Origin: an uncultured Bacteroidales bacterium
Lineage (GTDB): Bacteria; Bacteroidota; Bacteroidia; Bacteroidales; Muribaculaceae
Reading direction: 5' to 3'
DNA: 33,565 bases
Assembly (NCBI GenBank): GCA_947177325.1
Contig: CAMWUH010000001.1
Location: forward strand, 1-33,565
Below are positions 9,635 to 16,068 of this stretch, piece by piece. The position numbers were made by a program, and so were the translations under genes. The first letter of the stretch is position 1. Each line of letters begins with the position of its first letter. Under the pieces are notes generated by a model. The model saw only the letters and a list, made by a program, of their open reading frames with translations, had not been told where the DNA came from and searched no databases.

Positions 9635-10507
9635 ATGAAATTCAATATAACTAAATATCTGACCATTGTGGCCGTTGGGGTTGCTCTGACTGCTTGTAGC
9701 AACGACGATGACTTTACTCCGGGCCCCGCAACTTCGCCTGACTCTCCCGAAGTTTATTTCAGCGACGCCACTAAAGCCCAATATCTCCTTTCAACCGGAG
9801 AAGCCCACACCGTTGAAATCACCCTCGGCCGCGTTGCTACAGAAGAGGAGCTGACAGTGCCTATCATTGCCAACTATGTTGCCGACGGCTTGACCGTTCC
9901 CTCTGAAGCCACTTTCGCTGCCGGCGAAGCTACAACTTCCATCACAATCAACGTCACCGATGATTACAAGGTCTCGGCCCCTTACGCTTTTGAACTCGCC
10001 CTTCCCGAAGATATGGTCAACTACTATTCGGCCACCCTCCCCGGAACAGCTTCAATCAGCTCGAAAATCATCATCGTCAAACCACTCGTTTGCTCCTGCT
10101 ACTTCTATTATTACTACAGCAAGCTCGGGAAGCGCTTCAACATGGACATGATGATTATCGGTGATAACAAATATTACTTCCCCGACTTCATGGGCTGCGG
10201 TTACCCCGTCACCATCAACGTTGATCCCTCTACCAACGACATCACGATGAACTGCGAAGTGGGCACCTATTATGAAGATTATAGCGACTTCTACATCGAC
10301 GCTCCCCTATATCCCGGAGGTGATGCAGCCGAAACCTACATTACTGATGCTTACTTCTATTATCCCGGCTATTCGGTATACTTCGACGACAATTCCGGCC
10401 GCGGCTTAGCCCTCAACATGTACATCTACATGGCCGACGGCTCGACAGACTATGATTGGTGCTATATCTACTTCCCAACTGACGAAGGGGAAGCAGAAGT
10501 TGAATAA
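9635..10507 (+). CDS. Uncharacterised surface lipoprotein (N-terminal Ig/Calx-like domain plus Tyr-rich C-terminal domain)
   Basis: ATG 9635 gives MKFNITKYLTIVAVGVALTAC-SNDDD (lipobox plus acidic export signal); VPSEATFAAGEATTSITI is Calx-beta/Ig-like. Confidence 0.8.
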   Translation: MKFNITKYLTIVAVGVALTACSNDDDFTPGPATSPDSPEVYFSDATKAQYLLSTGEAHTVEITLGRVATEEELTVPIIANYVADGLTVPSEATFAAGEATTSITINVTDDYKVSAPYAFELALPEDMVNYYSATLPGTASISSKIIIVKPLVCSCYFYYYYSKLGKRFNMDMMIIGDNKYYFPDFMGCGYPVTINVDPSTNDITMNCEVGTYYEDYSDFYIDAPLYPGGDAAETYITDAYFYYPGYSVYFDDNSGRGLALNMYIYMADGSTDYDWCYIYFPTDEGEAEVE

Positions 10508-10567
10508 TCATATTTAACCACGCTTACTTATCACTGAATTCATTTTTCCCAACCGGCACTTACCGAT

Positions 10568-12052
10568 ATGAAATCAACATTAAAATATATGGCTCTCGGG
10601 CTGCTCGCCCTCGCCACATCAGCTTTGACCGGCTGCTCCGACGATAACGATGTGCTCAGCCAACTCCCCTCGCCCGAGCCCGCTCAAACTGATCAAACTA
10701 TCCGCTCCCTGACTTTTAACTGGGAACCTGTGGAGCATGCAACTCAATATGGGTTGCAACTGCTGGATGCCGATGACAATGTTGTGGCTACCGAAGTAAC
10801 CACCGCGACCTCAATGACTTTCTCCAAGCTTGAACCGGCCACAACCTACACGCTGAAAGTGTGGGCTTACGGTCCTTACGGCGGCGACTTCTCGACTTCG
10901 CCCACCTATGTGCTGCAAGCCACAACTCCGGCTATCGTCACACTCGACACTCCCGCCCCGGTTATCGACACCGAAGCCTCACCCATGGCCGCCTCCTGGC
11001 CCGCCATTGACAATGCCGACTTCTATGTCTACACCCTCGTCAACATTACCGATGGTACAATTCCGGCTCAAGACGTCAAAATCACCAACCCGATCATCAC
11101 CCTATCAGGCCTGAACACCGGCAAATACGAACTCTCTGTTTATGCCGGAAGCAATAGCGAAGCATACGCACAATCAGCCACCGCCACAGTTGAATTCGAA
11201 CAAAGCCGCACCGTGCTCTGGACTATCGACGGCACATACTACAGCTGCTATTTCACCCGCTATCACGACACCACTCTGACAGCTTACTCTGATGGCACTT
11301 ACTCTATCGCCGCGTTCTATAAATACGATGGCTACGACTTTGAATTTATCGTAACTGATGAAGGCTCATTACAAGCGGTTAACCCCGATGCCTACACTGA
11401 GGATGGCTGGACCTACGTGCCCACCGGTATTACGGGCTACGACATCCCCTTCTGGTTGGGCGGCTCTTACTCCGGCTTCTACGGCAACCGCAACTCAGGC
11501 GAAATCTGGATGTTCAACGGTTGGTCAGAGGATGATAATGATGCCTATGATATGTTCTTCTGGGATCTTGGCGGTGAAGAAATCACTGTTGACGACGTTG
11601 TCGGCACCTACTCGGCCTCGATATCGGGTTGGGACCTCATTCAGTCAAGCGACTGGACAGAGTTCAATTACAACTACGATCTGACCATCACCAAAAAAGA
11701 CGCCACAACAGTTTATATCAACGATTTCTTCTGGAGCGGTTTCCAGCTTGAAGCCGTGCTCGACCCCATAGAGCGTACGCTTACAATGCCTTATCAGCAA
11801 TGGGGCGTATATGAGTTTGCTTACAACAACAGCGATGAATACGGCTACATTGCCTCCGGCAATGAGCAAGCCCTTGTAGCGACTATCGCCGACGACGGCA
11901 CTATCACCATCAACAACTGGGCAGCTCTCTACCAAAACTACACTTATACAGCCGACACCGAGGCCACTTTGACCCCCGTCGCAGCTTCTTCCAACTCTAA
12001 GGCTGCTCCCGCGCGCAAAATGGCTCGTCCCAAAGTAAACCGTCGGAAATAA
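10568..12052 (+). CDS. Surface lipoprotein with two fibronectin type III-like domains and aromatic-rich C-terminal domains
   Basis: Lipobox LTGC-SDDND; SLTFNWEPVEHATQY...FSKLEPATTYTLKVWA (FN3); second ASWPAIDNADFY...LSGLNTGKYELSVYA. Confidence 0.82.
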   Translation: MKSTLKYMALGLLALATSALTGCSDDNDVLSQLPSPEPAQTDQTIRSLTFNWEPVEHATQYGLQLLDADDNVVATEVTTATSMTFSKLEPATTYTLKVWAYGPYGGDFSTSPTYVLQATTPAIVTLDTPAPVIDTEASPMAASWPAIDNADFYVYTLVNITDGTIPAQDVKITNPIITLSGLNTGKYELSVYAGSNSEAYAQSATATVEFEQSRTVLWTIDGTYYSCYFTRYHDTTLTAYSDGTYSIAAFYKYDGYDFEFIVTDEGSLQAVNPDAYTEDGWTYVPTGITGYDIPFWLGGSYSGFYGNRNSGEIWMFNGWSEDDNDAYDMFFWDLGGEEITVDDVVGTYSASISGWDLIQSSDWTEFNYNYDLTITKKDATTVYINDFFWSGFQLEAVLDPIERTLTMPYQQWGVYEFAYNNSDEYGYIASGNEQALVATIADDGTITINNWAALYQNYTYTADTEATLTPVAASSNSKAAPARKMARPKVNRRK

Positions 12053-12079
12053 CATCAACATCCCACTCTGAGTGAAAAC

Positions 12080-12835
12080 ATGAAGGTAACTATCATTACC
12101 GTAAGCTTTAACTCAGCATCGACTATCGAAACGACGTTGCAGTCGGTGGTTGCGCAAAGCGACCATCGGCTGCAACATATTATTATTGACGGAGGCTCTA
12201 CTGATGCAACGCTCGACGTAATCAATCGTTACGCACCCATCTATGGCAATCGGCTGATACTTATCTCCGAGCCTGACCACGGGCTTTATGATGCAATGAA
12301 CAAAGGTATGGCATTGGCCACAGGCTCAGTCGTGGGATTCCTTAACAGCGACGACTATTTTGTCCACAACCACGTGGTTGCCGACATTATCACAGCTTTT
12401 GAGCAAAATCCCGGTCTTGATGCCGTCTACGCCGACGTGGTATACATCAACCCGCACCGACCCGACAAAATCAGCCGCTATTACTCCTCTCGCCGCTTCA
12501 GCCGCGGCCGCATGCGCCTGGGTTTTATGCCCGCTCATCCTACCTTTTACTGCCGAAAAGAAACGCTCGAACGCGCAGGTCGATTTGACACCCGATTTAA
12601 AGTAGCCGCTGATTTTGAATATTTGCTGCGCATAATCTACCGCGACCGTGCAGCGATTCGATATGTGCCTGACCGATGGGTAACGATGCGCTCGGGTGGC
12701 ATATCAAATCGCGGGCTGAAATCACACCTCGCCATCTTCGCTGACCATCGTCGCGCCTATCTCAAGCACGGCCTGACTGCCGGCCTTTGGCTCGACTGGC
12801 TCCGCTACCCCCTGCGCCTCCTCCACCTCGACTAA
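12080..12835 (+). CDS. Glycosyltransferase family 2 (WcaE/WfgS-like)
   Basis: IIIDGGSTD, SEPDHGLYDAMNKG, FLNSDD, PAHP, AADFE motifs. Confidence 0.92.
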   Translation: MKVTIITVSFNSASTIETTLQSVVAQSDHRLQHIIIDGGSTDATLDVINRYAPIYGNRLILISEPDHGLYDAMNKGMALATGSVVGFLNSDDYFVHNHVVADIITAFEQNPGLDAVYADVVYINPHRPDKISRYYSSRRFSRGRMRLGFMPAHPTFYCRKETLERAGRFDTRFKVAADFEYLLRIIYRDRAAIRYVPDRWVTMRSGGISNRGLKSHLAIFADHRRAYLKHGLTAGLWLDWLRYPLRLLHLD

Positions 12836-12911
12836 TCCGGCCGATGTACTATCGTTCAAGGCTATAGATTTTGGGAAAATAAGGGAAAACGAAGCAATGT
12901 AGTTTAAAAAA

Positions 12912-12943
12912 TTGGTAATTTCAGTTATTATTTATTATATTTG
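12912..12943 (+). promoter_or_regulatory. Promoter of the capsule/EPS locus
   Basis: TTG 12912-12914, 21-nt spacer, TATATTTG 12936-12943 in an AT-rich island. Confidence 0.65.
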
Positions 12944-12949
12944 CATTGA

Positions 12950-13279
12950 AAACTGCGACAAATGTGCGTCAATCGTTCAGCTGACGCCTTAATGATATAT
13001 GCCTTAAAGTTAATAACCAGCTGATTATCACATAAATTTTGCGACGTATCGTTTGAATGACAGGGATTCGAAGTCGTTCTCAACGGGCCTCCTGCGATTC
13101 AAGAGGCGGAGAATAGTTTAACCTGCAGTCCATTCCTTAAGCGAGTTGTAAACAACAGCCCGACAAAGGCTTCAAACAGAGTTAACGACTTGTCAACTGC
13201 CTCAAAGCGCTCGGTTTGCCCCTATCAATGTGGAAGCCGAAAACTATGGGGGAGTCATTTTTACATACTGACGCAAACA
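12950..13279 (+). promoter_or_regulatory. Long structured 5' leader of upxY (expected to contain the UpxY loading/pause element)
   Basis: ~330 nt between promoter and first ATG; stems gcgtca/tgacgc, gcctc/gaggc, tcggttt/aagccga; UpxY proteins are known to need their operon's 5' leader. Confidence 0.55.
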
Positions 13280-13837
13280 ATGACAATCGCCACCACTCAT
13301 CAACCCACCCCACTGCCCGGGCACCAAATGAATTGGTATGCCGTCAAGGCATATTTCAACTTTGCTGACCGTGTGGAGCAACTTGCTCGCAGCGAGGGAG
13401 CCGACACCTATCGCGCTACCACCTCGCGTGTGGTTGTTGACGCTAATGGCGCCCATCACACCCGCTCGCTTCCGGCCCTGCCGGGCATAGTGTTTATCTA
13501 CTGCCCGGAACCGACTATAAAATCAATCGGAGCAAATCTGAAATCGTTAGGGAGCTTGGTTACCAATCCGGGATGCCAATTCCCGGCACGAATACCCGAT
13601 GAGGAGATGACCCTGTTCAGGCTCGTGGTTGAAAACGACCCCAATCTCCAACTCATTGGAAACGACGACCCCCGATGGCACGTAGGGCAAGCGGTCAGGG
13701 TCACTACCGGACCTCTTGCGGGCGCCGTGGGCCACGTTTGCCGCATTAAGGGTAATCGACGATTGGTGATAACGATTTCAGGAGTTTGCGCAGTCGCCAC
13801 CGGATTTATCCCTCCTCGTTTTTTAGAGCCGGTGTAA
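13280..13837 (+). CDS. upxY: UpxY family (NusG/RfaH paralog) transcription antiterminator
   Basis: NGN domain WYAV...PALPGIVFI...PARIPDEEMTLF plus KOW domain GQAVRVTTGPLAG..G.V.RIKGNRRLVI; first gene of a polysaccharide locus. Start uncertain (ATG 13280 or 13328; frame open from TTG 13190). Confidence 0.88.
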   Translation: MTIATTHQPTPLPGHQMNWYAVKAYFNFADRVEQLARSEGADTYRATTSRVVVDANGAHHTRSLPALPGIVFIYCPEPTIKSIGANLKSLGSLVTNPGCQFPARIPDEEMTLFRLVVENDPNLQLIGNDDPRWHVGQAVRVTTGPLAGAVGHVCRIKGNRRLVITISGVCAVATGFIPPRFLEPV

Positions 13838-13914
13838 CTCGCTCCCAACAAAGTCCCGTTTTCGGACAATAACTGCAATCAATTATTGAACTTTCTGCTT
13901 TTTCTTTTATATAT

Positions 13915-15093
13915 ATGCTAACAGCCTCGGTCAATATTTCTGACTTGCCTTACAGTCTATGGACTGTCAATGGCGCCATGGTGCTCATCGTGAGCATCGT
14001 GGTAACGAGTCTGTTAATACCTCGGATATTGACTTTGTCGCATCGCCGGCATCTGTTTGACTCTATCGACGAGCGAAAAATCCATGATGGCTTCATACCC
14101 CGATTAGGGGGTATAGCTTTTGTGCCGGCAATTATATTGGCATTGTCGTCGGTGGCCGGGCTTGATCTTTTGCTTATGGGTCCTCAGGGGCTTCAAGCAT
14201 TGGGCACCACCGGAGGCAACATCATAAGCCTCTGCTTCGGCCTCTGCGCTTTGATGTTGATGTATCTGTTGGGGCTCGCCGACGACCTTATGGGCATTGG
14301 CTGGAAAACCAAACTGATAGTGCAGATAATCGCAGCCTACTTGATTGTAGGCACCGGATTGTCGCTCGGCTCGCTCAATGGGTTTCTCGGCATTTACGAG
14401 ATGCCGGTGTGGGTTGACCAACTGCTGTCAGTGCTGGTAATAGTGTTGGTTATCAATGCCATTAACCTCATTGACGGCATTGACGGGCTGGCCTCTGCAC
14501 TTTCGTCTATGGCCTGCGGCTATTATGTGGTAGCGAGCTACAACACTTCGGCTTATTCAAATGCAATGCTCGGGTTGGCCACGATTGGCACGCTGCTGCC
14601 ATTTTTCATCTACAATGTGTTTGGCAGTGTCCGCTACGGCAAAAAGATATTTATGGGCGATACCGGCGCCTTGACCACCGGCCTTATACTCAGCTTTCTG
14701 GCCCTTAGAGTGCTAAGAGTTGAATATTCCAACGGTAACACTTCAACAGTTCCGTTAGTGGTAGCATTCACGCCTCTTGTAGTGCCATGTCTTGATGTTG
14801 TCAGAGTGGTTATCCATCGCATAGCTCGCGGTCAAAGCCCCTTCTGCGCCGGCCGCTGTCACATTCACCATAAGCTCCTTGCTCTGGGACTTCGTCAGCG
14901 CTACGCAATGCTGCTGATTTTTGTCATTTCAGGATTTTACATAGCAATGAACCTACTGCTTTGCAAAGCGTTGTCAGCTTTCTCCATTCTGATCATCGAC
15001 AGCATAGTGTGGTTTGCAGGCAACTGGCTGCTGACCTTGCTGATTAGACGCCGCCAGAACCGGATGCCTGAAACTCGCTTACTCTATCAATAA
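13915..15093 (+). CDS. Undecaprenyl-phosphate HexNAc-1-phosphate transferase (WecA/MraY family), initiating enzyme
   Basis: RKIH...IPRLGG, GLADDL, NAINLIDGIDGLA, KIFMGDTG, HIHHKL; about 11 TM segments. Confidence 0.92.
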   Translation: MLTASVNISDLPYSLWTVNGAMVLIVSIVVTSLLIPRILTLSHRRHLFDSIDERKIHDGFIPRLGGIAFVPAIILALSSVAGLDLLLMGPQGLQALGTTGGNIISLCFGLCALMLMYLLGLADDLMGIGWKTKLIVQIIAAYLIVGTGLSLGSLNGFLGIYEMPVWVDQLLSVLVIVLVINAINLIDGIDGLASALSSMACGYYVVASYNTSAYSNAMLGLATIGTLLPFFIYNVFGSVRYGKKIFMGDTGALTTGLILSFLALRVLRVEYSNGNTSTVPLVVAFTPLVVPCLDVVRVVIHRIARGQSPFCAGRCHIHHKLLALGLRQRYAMLLIFVISGFYIAMNLLLCKALSAFSILIIDSIVWFAGNWLLTLLIRRRQNRMPETRLLYQ

Positions 15094-15138
15094 CCCTCGC
15101 TTCGATGAAGCAAAATTTACTCCAATCATTCATCAAAA

Positions 15139-15975
15139 ATGTTGAAAAAAATCATTGTTAAACTTTCAGTTGTCGCTGCCATAGCAATCGCCGTCGGCAG
15201 CTGCTCAACCCCTAAAGATATCACCTATCTCAAAGATTTCAATAACGGACAGGAGGTAGTGACAGCTCCGGCTCGCGACATCACTGCTGTGGCCGGCGAC
15301 AAAATCCTCATCACCGTTCACTCAAAAAACCAGGAACTCGCCGAGCAGTTTAACCCGATTTCCTATACCAACCGCTACAGCGCTCGCGGAGCATCCCGTG
15401 CCACTCCCGCCTATAATATCAATCAAGGTGGCAACAACAGCGTTAACCCTTACATTGTTGACAGTTTCGGCGACATTGATTTTCCGGTGCTCGGCATGAT
15501 TCACGTCGGTGGCCTTAATCGCCATCAGATTGCCGAAAAAATTGAGAATGAAATTAAAGATCGTAACTTGATTAAAGACCCCATGGTCAGTGTTGAGTTT
15601 CTCGACCACGCTATTACAGTGCTCGGCTCTGTTTCTTCACCCGGCCGATTGATATTTGACCGCGACCACCTTACCTTGCTCGAAGGTATAGCCCTGGCCG
15701 GCGACCTGCAAATCAACGGCCAGCGCACCAACGTTAAGGTTATCCGCAACATCGACGGTAAAGAACACGCCTACGAAGTTGACCTTACTGATGCCAAGTC
15801 AGTCTACTCCTCTCCGGCTTATTATCTGCAGCCTAACGATATCATCTACGTTGAGCCCAACAACCTTATGAAACGTAACACTACCCCAATGGGTAGCCAG
15901 GCATTCACTCCGGCGTTCTGGATGTCGATGGCTTCGTTCGTGATGTCGACCTTAGTGTTAATCCTCAAATGGTAA
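15139..15975 (+). CDS. wza: Polysaccharide export outer-membrane lipoprotein (Wza/OPX)
   Basis: Lipobox VGSC; Y.VDS.GDIDFPVLG.IHV.GL, ITVLG.V..PG, TLLEGIALAGDL...G.RTNV.VIR, YYLQPNDIIYVEPN. Confidence 0.92.
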   Translation: MLKKIIVKLSVVAAIAIAVGSCSTPKDITYLKDFNNGQEVVTAPARDITAVAGDKILITVHSKNQELAEQFNPISYTNRYSARGASRATPAYNINQGGNNSVNPYIVDSFGDIDFPVLGMIHVGGLNRHQIAEKIENEIKDRNLIKDPMVSVEFLDHAITVLGSVSSPGRLIFDRDHLTLLEGIALAGDLQINGQRTNVKVIRNIDGKEHAYEVDLTDAKSVYSSPAYYLQPNDIIYVEPNNLMKRNTTPMGSQAFTPAFWMSMASFVMSTLVLILKW

Positions 15976-16068
15976 CGGCTGCCGGCCGCGACTGATTTTT
16001 TTCGCTCCCTTCACTATCCTTTTGCCAATCCATAATCACCATTCAATCTCAACTCCACCTCTCAGCTG

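Noticed and set aside
12849-13061. Possible inverted repeats tatcgttcaa / ttgaatgaca flanking the capsule promoter
   Set aside because: Only 8 of 10 positions match; too short and imperfect to call an invertible element.
13058-13081. gggattcgaa resembling a minus-strand tRNA T-loop
   Set aside because: No T-stem, acceptor stem or anticodon arm can be built around it.
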